A stretch of DNA of 64,000 bases from Methylotenera sp. GTDB taxonomy: Bacteria; Pseudomonadota; Gammaproteobacteria; Burkholderiales; Methylophilaceae. A program made the position numbers and the translations under genes. The stretch lies in the NCBI GenBank assembly GCA_031373695.1, contig JANMNC010000199.1, positions 162-64,161 of the forward strand, written 5' to 3'. The notes under the pieces were generated by a model. The model was not told the origin of the DNA. It made no database searches and worked only from the letters and a program-made list of their open reading frames with translations. Positions 10,011 through 19,922 of this stretch are shown in pieces; position 1 is the stretch's first letter, and the number at the start of each line of letters is the position of its first letter.

Positions 10011-10940
10011 TTAGCGTATTTCGCGACTTTTTCTGCGCGCAAGTAAATACCTTGTGCCAATAAATATTTCTTGAACAAAAGCGGTTAAACCAAAATATTT
10101 AGCAGAGCGCAGCCATTGATACGCAATTCTTGATGGCTTTTGCGCATCTACCAGTGCTTTCATAAAAAAAGCTGCACGACCTGCTAAATATGCACGCTCT
10201 ATTTTAGGCTTATCTACCTCGCGCCTACGGTGATGGTGTGAAACGACTATTTCAGGGCAATAGTTACCCTGCTGGCCTGCGCTCAAAGCACGCAACAACA
10301 CATCGCAATCTTCGCAAGGAAAAGGTGTGCCAGAGCCCATTAGAGGGTCAAATCCACTCAGTTTTTGTAGCTCGCTTTTTCTAAAAGCAAAGTTAGCACC
10401 GTGGATTGCACCTGGGCGTATATAGGAGAAAGGTGCAAAGTGTTGGCTTTCCATGCTTAGCATAATCGTCCAAGGCAAATCTTCGGGATCATGCAGCAAT
10501 ACTCTACCACCTACAAAACTGGTGCTTTCATTTTTAAATGCTGCAATCAAGCTGTCTACATAATCTGGTGCTGGATAGCAGTCGTCATCAGTAAACCCCA
10601 CAATATTGGCTTGCGCCTTTATCCACCCAGCATTTCTGGCATTTGATAAACCTGTAATTTTTTCATGCACAACTGTGACTGGTATGCTACTTTTTGCAGC
10701 AAACTCGGCTAAAAGTATTGGGGTTTCATCGGTACTATTGTTATCTACAAAAATAATTTCCCACGCTATATCCGTTTTAATGGCCGCTAATGATTCAAAA
10801 TGTTGCGGTAAAAACATAGCGCGATTACGCGTGCAAATGACTAAAGATAATAAAATAGTTTGTTCGCTTTTATTTTCAATGTTCAATACTTGCGCATCGC
10901 ATTGCTTTAACATTTCTATTTTTAATAAGTTTTCATCCAT
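10011..10940 (-). CDS. Glycosyltransferase family 2
   Basis: SLVICTRNR, VDNNSTD, GLSNARNAG, FTDDD (DxD) and ED motifs. Confidence 0.93.
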   Translation of the reverse strand: MDENLLKIEMLKQCDAQVLNIENKSEQTILLSLVICTRNRAMFLPQHFESLAAIKTDIAWEIIFVDNNSTDETPILLAEFAAKSSIPVTVVHEKITGLSNARNAGWIKAQANIVGFTDDDCYPAPDYVDSLIAAFKNESTSFVGGRVLLHDPEDLPWTIMLSMESQHFAPFSYIRPGAIHGANFAFRKSELQKLSGFDPLMGSGTPFPCEDCDVLLRALSAGQQGNYCPEIVVSHHHRRREVDKPKIERAYLAGRAAFFMKALVDAQKPSRIAYQWLRSAKYFGLTAFVQEIFIGTRYLLARRKSREIR

Positions 10941-10968
10941 AATATTTCATCCCTAACAATGCCGCCTT

Positions 10969-12435
10969 CTAAGCAAGGTGTAGCCGCAAATCTTGACGTA
11001 ACACCTTGATTTCTTGCCAATAAAGCAGCCTAACCGACATAAGAAAAACGCTGCCAATGATGATTGCCTTTGCTAGCGCCACATTGAGAGCAGACAGATG
11101 AACTAGCGCTTTTATTGCAAATAAATTGTGTGTAAAAATCCACGCTAAAGCAATTATTAATGTGATGACAGCGGCGGCTTTTAACGCAGAAAAATATTCA
11201 GAAAAAGAATAACGAATAACTCTGCGTGATAACCACAAGCTTATTGGTAATATCAGCAATGTTTTTATGGGGCTAGCTGCTGCTGCTGCCAGCATACCAA
11301 ATTGACTTAGCACAGCTAATAGACTTAAAGAGACGATGGTATTGATTAACATAAGTGTAAAAAATGATTTGTTTCTGTTATTTGCCAATAATACAAAGCC
11401 ATTTAATGTGCCATAACCTGCCATTAATCCCGTTAAAAGTAGTATTTGCGCCACGGGTGCGCTGGCTAACCATTTAGCACCAAACACTAAGGGAATCCAA
11501 TCGGTAGATAGCGCCATGGCCGCCATGAATAGTGGCACTGTAATGAGTGACGAAAACTTAACTGATGATAAAAACAATTGTTTTAAGCGTTGCGGATTAT
11601 CTTGTACACGCCCAAATGCTGAGGCAATGACACCTGTAACCGATTGCACAACACCATCGTATAGCACTTGAAATATTTTTTTACCCATAGCGTAAAAGCC
11701 TAAATCACGCATGCCAAACATGCTGCCGATAATAAGCGTATCTGCCGATTGTGTTAATACGTCTAGAATTCGGCTGCAAACGATTCCCCAGCCACCTTGC
11801 AAAGCCTTTTTTAAATAAGCCATTTCAAAATCAAATGAAGGCCGCCATTTGCTTAATTTAAAGCAGTAAAAACTATCAATAATCACTTCTGTTAATTGCT
11901 TAAAAACCAAACTCCATATGCCATAACCTATAATGGCTAAAATAATGGCAATGGCAGAGCTAACTGAAATAGCCACCAGTGAGCGAATAGCCAAACCTTT
12001 ATAATCCATTTGGCGACGTAATAGTGCTTCTGGAATTTTCGCAGCAGCAGAAATAGGCAAGGTAAATGCTAGCGCAATCATCGCCCACACTGCATTAGAA
12101 TTTGTTTTATCTGGGTTTATGTAGCCTGCAAGCAAAAGTGCTACCAACACCGCGCTTATTAATAATGATACAACTAGTTGAAACCACCAAATACCAAGCT
12201 CGGTAAGCCTTGCAGCGCTGTGGTTATACACAATATATTCGGCCAAACCCAAATCTGCAATCACTGCCAGCAAAAAAAGCCAACCTAGAATATAGCTTAT
12301 TAGGCCTATTTCTTCTGGATTTAGTATGCGCGTTAAAATAAAAAAAACTAATAGCGTAGCAACTCGCGTACCCCAGCTTCTCATTGCAGACCAAGCCACT
12401 GCACCCACCACGCCATTTTTTGCAATGCTGTTCAA
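10969..12435 (-). CDS. wzx: Polysaccharide flippase (Wzx/WzxC-like)
   Basis: 12-14 TM segments, LTRILNPEEIG and DTLIIGSMFG...LGFYA motifs; overlaps upstream gene by 4 bp. Confidence 0.88.
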   Translation of the reverse strand: MNSIAKNGVVGAVAWSAMRSWGTRVATLLVFFILTRILNPEEIGLISYILGWLFLLAVIADLGLAEYIVYNHSAARLTELGIWWFQLVVSLLISAVLVALLLAGYINPDKTNSNAVWAMIALAFTLPISAAAKIPEALLRRQMDYKGLAIRSLVAISVSSAIAIILAIIGYGIWSLVFKQLTEVIIDSFYCFKLSKWRPSFDFEMAYLKKALQGGWGIVCSRILDVLTQSADTLIIGSMFGMRDLGFYAMGKKIFQVLYDGVVQSVTGVIASAFGRVQDNPQRLKQLFLSSVKFSSLITVPLFMAAMALSTDWIPLVFGAKWLASAPVAQILLLTGLMAGYGTLNGFVLLANNRNKSFFTLMLINTIVSLSLLAVLSQFGMLAAAAASPIKTLLILPISLWLSRRVIRYSFSEYFSALKAAAVITLIIALAWIFTHNLFAIKALVHLSALNVALAKAIIIGSVFLMSVRLLYWQEIKVLRQDLRLHLA

Positions 12436-13538
12436 TTGACAGCTTCAGATTGATTATTAGCAGTTTTACTGTTGTTTGATTTTTTTTGTTGCTTAACGTA
12501 ATGCACAAGCGCACTGGCTGCTTTTTGCAAGGTAGATAAATCTTTAACGAATAACGCTGAAGGGTATTGTGATGTCCACGCGCGGTAAAAATCGCCTAGC
12601 TTTCCATAACTATTATCAACAACCACATGCGGCTTATTCATTAAAACACTTAAAATATGTGCGTGTAATCTGTCGGTAAAAACGATATTGCCCCTGCTTA
12701 ACAAGCTGATGCCTCGCTCAAGCCTTAGCTTAGCCAGTAAATTCCATATCACTAATAAAACACGATTGTTAGGGTCTATAAAACTAAAAAAAACTCTAAA
12801 TAAATGGTGCATTTCAATACGGATAATTAACTGTTCTTTTTTCGATATTTCTAACCAATCAGCTGTTTGGCTTGTGGCAGAGTTACTAAACTCAATCGCA
12901 CTTATACTGGCTGTTAAAGATTTCTCAGTATCCGTTCTAGAAAGTACAAAGCAGTCTACAGTAGGCAATGTTTTGGTAGGTATTGAACCTATAAAAAACG
13001 CCATGTCTGGGCATAAAATATTGCTAGAAGTAAAGTATTGCTGCGCAATTGCAAGACTCTCATGGCTGCGTACTAATAAAGTAAAGTTACCGTGATTTTT
13101 AATTACTTCAGCTGTTTCTGCAGCGCTATGAGCATCTTCAAAGTAAATGGTTTGCGGTAATTGTATGATTGGTAATTGAGTAAAATCGCGTAGTACTTGT
13201 AACTTAAAATTATGTAAGTGTGGCCACAAAGTACCAAAATTACCACCACCATGAATCAATAAAATACTGTTTTTATTGATTATTTTTTTTATTTGGTTGA
13301 GATTATAGTTTTTATAATCAGATATATAACTCGGCTTTAACCCTCTACTTTTTAAATAAGCAATTTCACCCAGCCAAATTAAGCTATCGCCCACGTTAGG
13401 ATGGTGTGGGTAATCAAGCAAAATAACATGTGCATTACTAGGAATAATGTCATCGAGTACGCTACGTGCTTTATTTTGCAAATCTGCAATTACTTGCGCA
13501 TTTTCTTTAAAGTTAAGTGAATTCACCATGACACACAA
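12432..13538 (-). CDS. Polysaccharide pyruvyltransferase
   Basis: HPNVGDSLI, HGGGNFG, PQTI, CPDMAF, TDRLHAHI and DNSYGK motifs. Confidence 0.92.
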   Translation of the reverse strand: MCVMVNSLNFKENAQVIADLQNKARSVLDDIIPSNAHVILLDYPHHPNVGDSLIWLGEIAYLKSRGLKPSYISDYKNYNLNQIKKIINKNSILLIHGGGNFGTLWPHLHNFKLQVLRDFTQLPIIQLPQTIYFEDAHSAAETAEVIKNHGNFTLLVRSHESLAIAQQYFTSSNILCPDMAFFIGSIPTKTLPTVDCFVLSRTDTEKSLTASISAIEFSNSATSQTADWLEISKKEQLIIRIEMHHLFRVFFSFIDPNNRVLLVIWNLLAKLRLERGISLLSRGNIVFTDRLHAHILSVLMNKPHVVVDNSYGKLGDFYRAWTSQYPSALFVKDLSTLQKAASALVHYVKQQKKSNNSKTANNQSEAVN

Positions 13539-13574
13539 TCAAACATAAGCTTTCACCTAATGAGTGACTAAGCC

Positions 13575-14261
13575 TTAGCTTTGCCCCATTAAACGTACGC
13601 GTTGCTCAGGTGTTACTGTGCCTAATAAATCGCCTGCAAATCTGGCTTGCAAGTTATAAGCCGCATCTATATCTGAAGTAATAGTTGATGAAGACAAGCT
13701 AGATACGCGCATTAACAAACCATCTGGAATACTGCCACTTAATGCATATTGCAACTTAATTTTTTTTGTTTCCCAGCCTGGGTAACCTACTTTTTTTCCA
13801 GTAGTTAGCCAATAGGTAATTGGCTCTATTCGGCCAGATTTAATGGCTAATAGACGTAATACAGGAATATCTCCATAACTTGTATTAAGTTGGCCTTTAA
13901 GAATACTATTTACTGCAAATCCCTGCCCGCCGTAGCAACCCTCTGGTGCATGTGCGCCAACGCTATCGCTTTGATCTTTACCATAGGCAATAGAAAGCAT
14001 AATTCGCTGACCTTTAGCATTTTCATAAACGCGCGAAAGGGTTTGTGCATAAATTTTATTAAGTGCCGCTGCAGTTTCTGGATTAACAATTTGCGCAGCC
14101 ATATTAACTAAACGCCAGTCATTAAATTGTGCAGGGACAATGGTTTCAAGATTCACTTTTTGCCCTTCATCAGCAATTTTATGCGTAGGCCTTGCGGCAT
14201 AAGCAAGCACCGATGTACAAATCATGATGAGCATTAATAAGTATTGACGCTTTAAATTCAT
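13575..14261 (-). CDS. epsI: Exosortase-associated protein EpsI, B-type
   Basis: Immediately downstream of the exosortase; IYAQTLSRVY, H-x-PE-x-CY-xx-QGF and PDGLLMRVSS motifs; ATG at 14261 preferred. Confidence 0.9.
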   Translation of the reverse strand: MNLKRQYLLMLIMICTSVLAYAARPTHKIADEGQKVNLETIVPAQFNDWRLVNMAAQIVNPETAAALNKIYAQTLSRVYENAKGQRIMLSIAYGKDQSDSVGAHAPEGCYGGQGFAVNSILKGQLNTSYGDIPVLRLLAIKSGRIEPITYWLTTGKKVGYPGWETKKIKLQYALSGSIPDGLLMRVSSLSSSTITSDIDAAYNLQARFAGDLLGTVTPEQRVRLMGQS

Positions 14262-14262
14262 A

Positions 14263-15144
14263 CTAGGCAGTCTTATGCTTAAATTTAACAAAATATTGCA
14301 ACATTGAATCCACAGTCATAATAAACATGAGTGCTACAAAAAATAATAATATGCCCGCGAAACCATGCACAAAACCTTGCCCTACTTCATCACCAAAATA
14401 ATAAGTGATGAGCGTGAGTGTGATAACGCGAATAACGTTGGCGGTAAACGAAATAGGCACAATTAGCAGGGTCAAGGTGACGTTTCTAATTAAAGAATCG
14501 TGTTTAACTAAGCTTAGGTAAAGCAAGCCAAGCGCTTCGAGTGAAATTAAAGTATGCATACCAGCGCAGGCATCGGCAACCAGCAACTGATATTGCCCAA
14601 TTTGCAAAATAACACCCTCACGCGCAATTGGGTAACCTAGCCAAAATAAGATATTTTCAGTTACATATGACACGGCCATTTTCATGGGAAGCGTTAGTGA
14701 ATCTAACGGAAAAGGCAGCATAAAAATAATAAAAAACAATGGAAACCATAGCGCCTTCAACAAAGGTAAGCCACGTGTTAGCAGCAAAATACCTGCAAAT
14801 ACCAAAATCTGAGAACCTAAATCTAGAATGAATATATCTTGCGAGCGACCTGCCACATAACATAACAAGCCAAATACCAACGTTATGCCGCCCACAACAG
14901 GCAAACCTTTATGCGCGGGGTTAAAAACAAAATGTTCACGTTTTTGCCAAAACAAAAACAGTATGACCATTAGTACAATGGGGCCATGTGCTTGGTCTTC
15001 GTTTACCCATAACTGGTTAAACACGCTTATATAAGTGGGCAAATACATTGCCAGCAAACCTATTGCCACGGGTAGCCAAATGAGCAATTTATTTGCTCTC
15101 ATCGTTGCGCTTAAATTTACACCCATAGAATTAACTACTGACAT
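14263..15144 (-). CDS. xrtB: Exosortase B (EpsH)
   Basis: About 8 TM segments; AHGP motif and the catalytic triad VADACAG (Cys), NVIRV (Arg), HGFAG (His). Confidence 0.95.
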   Translation of the reverse strand: MSVVNSMGVNLSATMRANKLLIWLPVAIGLLAMYLPTYISVFNQLWVNEDQAHGPIVLMVILFLFWQKREHFVFNPAHKGLPVVGGITLVFGLLCYVAGRSQDIFILDLGSQILVFAGILLLTRGLPLLKALWFPLFFIIFMLPFPLDSLTLPMKMAVSYVTENILFWLGYPIAREGVILQIGQYQLLVADACAGMHTLISLEALGLLYLSLVKHDSLIRNVTLTLLIVPISFTANVIRVITLTLITYYFGDEVGQGFVHGFAGILLFFVALMFIMTVDSMLQYFVKFKHKTA

Positions 15145-16068
15145 CTAGATATCCAGAAATACACTGCCTACGACTTTTGCACCAGTCATAGCAATCTGTT
15201 GACTAAGGTATTGAACATCAGCGGCTATCGTCGTATCTTTTTTTGCTACGATGATGGCTGCTTTTGCCTTAGAAACAACGGTCAACACATCCGAGCCGAA
15301 CTCAAGCGGTGAAGTGTCAATTAAAATAATGTCATAAACTTTTTCTAAATCAGCCAACAACTCTACAAACCCAACTTGGCTTAATAGCTCTTGCGGATTT
15401 GGCACCTCTGTGCCCGCAGATAAAACAGCTAAATTTGGCAAAGATTGTTGCCGTGAAAGCGCATATCGACCTTGTCTGTTGGCTAAAATATTGGCTAAAC
15501 CCACTTTAGTTTCAATATTAAACAATTTGTGTTGCGTCGCTTGGCGTAAATTAGCATCAATTAGCAAAGTCTTTTTATTGAGCTGTGAAAAAATAATTGC
15601 TAAATTTGCGGCTAGCTGGCTAGCACCTTCATGTTTACTAGCAGATGTTACCGCTAAAGTTTTATTACCTTGGTCAAACCAGCGAATCAACAATTGGCTT
15701 CTTAAGCTACGTAAACTTTCTACTTCTGCGCTAAAAGGTGCATGTGCCGCAACCAAAGCTTTGTTAAGCTTTTGGTTACCTTCTTGTAAGTAAGAATAGT
15801 TAAATTGTTGCGATAATACTTTTTGCAAGTCATCCTCTGTAATTAAGCCAAGCTGTTTTGCGGCCTCACCAAACAGAAGGTTTTTTTCAACCTGCAAAGC
15901 CAAAATACGTTCCACATCTGCCTGATTTAATTTTGCTTGTGTAATGAGTGCCTCGCCCATCCGCGCTGAATCTAGTGTTTCAGACTGACTCTCTACAGAT
16001 GCCGAAGCAATATTATCAATATTCAATTGATTGGTATCTCGGTATGAATCCATTGGGTTACTTTGCAA
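15145..16068 (-). CDS. epsG: Chain length determinant tyrosine kinase-like protein EpsG
   Basis: ESLRSLRSQL, LLIDANLR and IILIDT BY-kinase motifs; degenerate Walker A (EGAS); N-terminal MshEN-like tandem motif. Confidence 0.9.
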   Translation of the reverse strand: MQSNPMDSYRDTNQLNIDNIASASVESQSETLDSARMGEALITQAKLNQADVERILALQVEKNLLFGEAAKQLGLITEDDLQKVLSQQFNYSYLQEGNQKLNKALVAAHAPFSAEVESLRSLRSQLLIRWFDQGNKTLAVTSASKHEGASQLAANLAIIFSQLNKKTLLIDANLRQATQHKLFNIETKVGLANILANRQGRYALSRQQSLPNLAVLSAGTEVPNPQELLSQVGFVELLADLEKVYDIILIDTSPLEFGSDVLTVVSKAKAAIIVAKKDTTIAADVQYLSQQIAMTGAKVVGSVFLDI

Positions 16069-16079
16069 AAAATTGCACC

Positions 16080-17540
16080 TTATAAAAATTGTGGCTTAGA
16101 AAGGTTGTCTCTAAAAATAGGCTTTGAAGTTGACCGTTTTTTGAAGTTTATCTTGTTAAAAAACGCACGCAATTTAAAGCTTGTTGATTGTTTTACGTGA
16201 CTACTTAACTCACCCAATACTGGCATGCCTAAAAGCTGCGTTAAGTCATCAGCCGAACGCACTCTTCTATCTAACATTTCAGCCACTATGGCAAAGCCCA
16301 CACCCAGTAAACCACCTAGAAAAACCGATAAAATAATATTGATCATTATTTTAGGGCTTGAATGCGATAACGGTGCCACCGCTGGATTAAGCACAGATAC
16401 ATCGGTTTGACCAGATTGGCTCTCCATATTGGTTTGACCAAACCTTAACAATGCATTGTCGTACATACGTTGTGCACCCTCAACATCGCGCACCAATACT
16501 GCCATCTCATCATGTTGGCTTTTCAGTTTCAACACTCGCGCTTTTTGTGCAGCAAGAGAAGCCTTTATTTCACCTTCTTTTTGCTGTGATACACGCGCTG
16601 TTTGACCAACACTACTGCTGGTTTTAGCGGTTTCAATATTAATTAAACGACGTAAGTTATTAGCATCTGCAAGGGCTGCTTGATATTGCGGGTGGTTAAC
16701 ACCTAAACGTTGTGATGCTTCACCTAATCTAGCATCTGCTTGCACTAACTGTGATTTTAAACCCTGAATTAAGCCATTAGCCAAAATGTCAGGTGACTCT
16801 GAAGCCACACTTTTATTGAGCTGATTTTGGCGAGAAGTGCTATCAAACGTCTGAGATTGTGCCATGACTAGCTGGCTAGATAGTTCACTTAAACGCGCTG
16901 CTTCTGTATCCATTCTTTCACCAGCAAAAGCAATACCATGCTCGTTTTGGTAAGCCGACAACTTTGTTTGAGCTTGCTCAACATTTTGGCGTAAACCTTT
17001 TATTTGCTGGTCAAACCAAGCTGCCGCTTGTCTTGCAGGCTCAATTTTCAATTGTAAGTTAGTACTAATGTAACTTTCGGCAAAGGCATTGGCCAGCGCT
17101 GCTGCAAATTTAGGGTCTGCCCCCTGATAACTAACTTCAATCACACTGCTGTCACGCGAAGGTTTAACCGTTAAATTTTGCAAAAATATATCAGCGAACC
17201 AATCGTTAATGTCACCTTCACCTTTAGTTGCACTTTCAAACTGTGCTTTTGCAGTCGGGTTGTTAGTAATGCCTAATTTTTCAACCACTTTTAAGGCTAC
17301 ATTGTGGCTTTGAATAATGTCAACTTGTGTTGCCATATAGCCTGGCATTAACGTTGCCGGCAACATAAGGCCAGTTACAGGATCAGAACCTTTAGAGTTA
17401 ATAACTAACGATGCAGAGGCAATATAAGTTTTTGGCAATAGAAAACTAACCACAGTAGCCACTAGCACTGTAACCAAAAACACCCAAGCGGCTATCCATT
17501 TGCGGGCGATTAAAATTGATAATAATTGTGAAAAAGTCAT
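16080..17540 (-). CDS. epsF: Chain length determinant / polysaccharide co-polymerase EpsF
   Basis: Two TM segments flanking a periplasmic coiled coil; PKTYIASA, HPQY, SPK and LGMPVLG motifs. Confidence 0.92.
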   Translation of the reverse strand: MTFSQLLSILIARKWIAAWVFLVTVLVATVVSFLLPKTYIASASLVINSKGSDPVTGLMLPATLMPGYMATQVDIIQSHNVALKVVEKLGITNNPTAKAQFESATKGEGDINDWFADIFLQNLTVKPSRDSSVIEVSYQGADPKFAAALANAFAESYISTNLQLKIEPARQAAAWFDQQIKGLRQNVEQAQTKLSAYQNEHGIAFAGERMDTEAARLSELSSQLVMAQSQTFDSTSRQNQLNKSVASESPDILANGLIQGLKSQLVQADARLGEASQRLGVNHPQYQAALADANNLRRLINIETAKTSSSVGQTARVSQQKEGEIKASLAAQKARVLKLKSQHDEMAVLVRDVEGAQRMYDNALLRFGQTNMESQSGQTDVSVLNPAVAPLSHSSPKIMINIILSVFLGGLLGVGFAIVAEMLDRRVRSADDLTQLLGMPVLGELSSHVKQSTSFKLRAFFNKINFKKRSTSKPIFRDNLSKPQFL

Positions 17541-17607
17541 GGTGATTATGGTTAAGATTGTATTGTTAGTGAGTTATCAAGCATGTTAAATTTACCAATC
17601 AGTAGCG

Positions 17608-18702
17608 CTAAAACAAGCTCTCACTGACGTATAGAATATCGTCTGCTTGCAGCAAATCGCCAGATTTAGCACTAAGCGTTTTTAATGTTCCGTCCAAATT
17701 ACGTTTAATTTTAATGCCACGTTCTGTACCGCGCTGCGATAAACCACCACCTGTAGATAGCGCCTGTGCTACGTTCATATTGCGCTCTAGCCTGAAAGCG
17801 CCTGGGCGCTGCACTTCGCCATAAATATAAAATACAGGCGTTCTAGGTACATAAATAGAATCACCGTCAGTCAGCTCAAAGTTAACTGATGTGTCACCTT
17901 TGCGATAAAGCTGGTCTACATCAATTTCTTGCTTAACGGTTTTACCGTTGCGTTTAGTAATCACAATAATATTGTCAGCACCACCTGCTGAAACGCCGCC
18001 TGCTTGCGATAAAAAATCAATCACTGTACGCACACCACTGGCTACAGAATATTTTCCTGGTCGATTAACTTGACCAAGGATAGACACCTCACGCGCATTG
18101 ATATACACAATGTCATCATTATTAAGTAGCGGATTACTGACTGCATCTGCTTTTAAAATTAAATCTCTTAAATCGTAATTTTGCTTTGTAGTTTTTCCAT
18201 CCGTATTACGAATCAACGTAATCATGTCAGATCCATTGGGTGTTACACCACCTGCCATAGCAAGCACGTCAGACAAAGTGCTTGGCCTATCTAACGGGTA
18301 TTTACCTGGCTTATAAACATCACCCAATACTGATACAAACTGGCTTTGAAACTGCACAACCACCAAATTAACCTGTGCCTTTTTCACAAAACCACCTTTT
18401 TCAAGCTGCTCTGCAATTTTCTTTTCTGATGAAGCAGGACTAAGACCACCCAATACAATTTCACCAATTAAGGGGAATGTGATGCCGCCAGCAGCTGACA
18501 ACCTTGCCTCAGTAAGCAAATCTGCACTGCCATAAACACTAATTCTAACTAAATCACCTGCACCTAAAATATAGTCACTGTTGTTACTAACTTTAGTTAC
18601 ATTATTAGTGTCATCCGCAGCTATACAAAGTGAACACAGTAGCGATAACAATAAAGACATCAACATTAGCGCGGCTGTTTTAAAACTAAATTTATTAATC
18701 AT
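17608..18702 (-). CDS. epsE: Polysaccharide export protein EpsE (Wza/OPX family)
   Basis: YILGAGD...GITFPLIG poly_export motif followed by three SLBB repeats (V-x-G-x-V-xx-PG-x-Y/F); ends in SESLF. Confidence 0.92.
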   Translation of the reverse strand: MINKFSFKTAALMLMSLLLSLLCSLCIAADDTNNVTKVSNNSDYILGAGDLVRISVYGSADLLTEARLSAAGGITFPLIGEIVLGGLSPASSEKKIAEQLEKGGFVKKAQVNLVVVQFQSQFVSVLGDVYKPGKYPLDRPSTLSDVLAMAGGVTPNGSDMITLIRNTDGKTTKQNYDLRDLILKADAVSNPLLNNDDIVYINAREVSILGQVNRPGKYSVASGVRTVIDFLSQAGGVSAGGADNIIVITKRNGKTVKQEIDVDQLYRKGDTSVNFELTDGDSIYVPRTPVFYIYGEVQRPGAFRLERNMNVAQALSTGGGLSQRGTERGIKIKRNLDGTLKTLSAKSGDLLQADDILYVSESLF

Positions 18703-18742
18703 GCCAACAACAATCCTTTTTAATTAGCCTGCAAGCAAGAAA

Positions 18743-19777
18743 TTACAAGCCTGCCAAGCCTTTATCCATATTTGATTCTGCTGCCTTAGATTTTTTAGCT
18801 GTATTAGCTTTGGCTTGGTCTGGCGACTCTGTAGGTATTTGCACAGCTGGCTCTGATGCATCTTGCTTTTTAATCGCGATCGGCGCGGCCTGATCGTTCT
18901 TTTTCATATCAGAAAATGCACCAATAAACTCAACTTTAGCTTTTTGGTTAAGTGCCAACATCTCACTTTTTGCTAATGCCGTTTTATTTTGGTTCATAAA
19001 ATACTGCTCAATAATAGGCGTAGCTTTTTCGCGCGTGATTGGCACAGATTGCGATGCCGCCAAATGCACAATGTTAAGTGAACGTCCAGTTGGTACCGCC
19101 AAAAATTCACCATCTTTAAGTGGCTGAATTTTCTTTAAAAGCGCAAGTGGCAACTGTTCAGCCGCACGCACATTACTATTAGCGTTAAATGGGTAATTTT
19201 TTGACTTTAACCAATTGGCTATTTCGTTAATATTTTTCATGCTTGCAATGTTATTGGTAATTTCGGCATGCTTATCTTGGGTTATATCTACCACCAGCTC
19301 TTGCAGACGAAATACGCGACGCTTTTCAAAAAGCTCTGGATTCTCTTGGTAAAAAGTATCTATTTTTGCAGCAGATGGCTTAGCTGCCTTTGACATTAAC
19401 TGCTCTAGGTAAGCCTGAGCTAAAATTTCATTTTTAGAGGCTTCTAAGGCTTGTAAAATACGTGGGTCACGATCTAGTTTTGCTTCTAGTGCCTTTTGCT
19501 TAAGCAACTGTTGGTCTACTAAGCGCGCCAATATTTGCTTGGCAGCCTCTTTGCTTTGCGTCTCGTTTAGTTGCGCTTGATTCGCTTGTGCCATGCGGCC
19601 AAGCTGAAAGTTAATTTGATGAATCGATATTTCATCATCATTTACTTTGGCAACCACTTGCGTTTGTGTTTTGCTAGCTTCAGTTTTTTCTTTTTCGCCA
19701 CAGGCTGATAGCACAAGTGAGGAACTGATTAATAGCAACAATAAATACGGGGCTGGAGATTGCATATTCTCTTTCAT
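18743..19777 (-). CDS. epsD: EpsD-family peptidyl-prolyl isomerase-like lipoprotein
   Basis: Lipobox LSAC; VVAKVNDDEISIHQIN SurA-like N-domain; LDRDP motif; directly upstream of epsE. Confidence 0.88.
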   Translation of the reverse strand: MKENMQSPAPYLLLLLISSSLVLSACGEKEKTEASKTQTQVVAKVNDDEISIHQINFQLGRMAQANQAQLNETQSKEAAKQILARLVDQQLLKQKALEAKLDRDPRILQALEASKNEILAQAYLEQLMSKAAKPSAAKIDTFYQENPELFEKRRVFRLQELVVDITQDKHAEITNNIASMKNINEIANWLKSKNYPFNANSNVRAAEQLPLALLKKIQPLKDGEFLAVPTGRSLNIVHLAASQSVPITREKATPIIEQYFMNQNKTALAKSEMLALNQKAKVEFIGAFSDMKKNDQAAPIAIKKQDASEPAVQIPTESPDQAKANTAKKSKAAESNMDKGLAGL

Positions 19778-19874
19778 TTATTAGTAAACTGTTGCTACTA
19801 TAAGAAGAAAATATGACTTTAATATGTCAAAAATAAGTAGAATTTATGATGAAACTTAAGAACGTTTCTAGAAT

Positions 19875-19905
19875 AAAAAGCGGCCCAATACTGTTGGCAG
19901 CTTTT
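19875..19905 (-). terminator. Probable intrinsic terminator after the PEP-CTERM gene
   Basis: Imperfect inverted repeat AAAAGCGGCCCAA-tactg-TTGGCAGCTTTT with A/T tails. Confidence 0.5.
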
Positions 19906-19922
19906 AAGATTACAATTTAATG

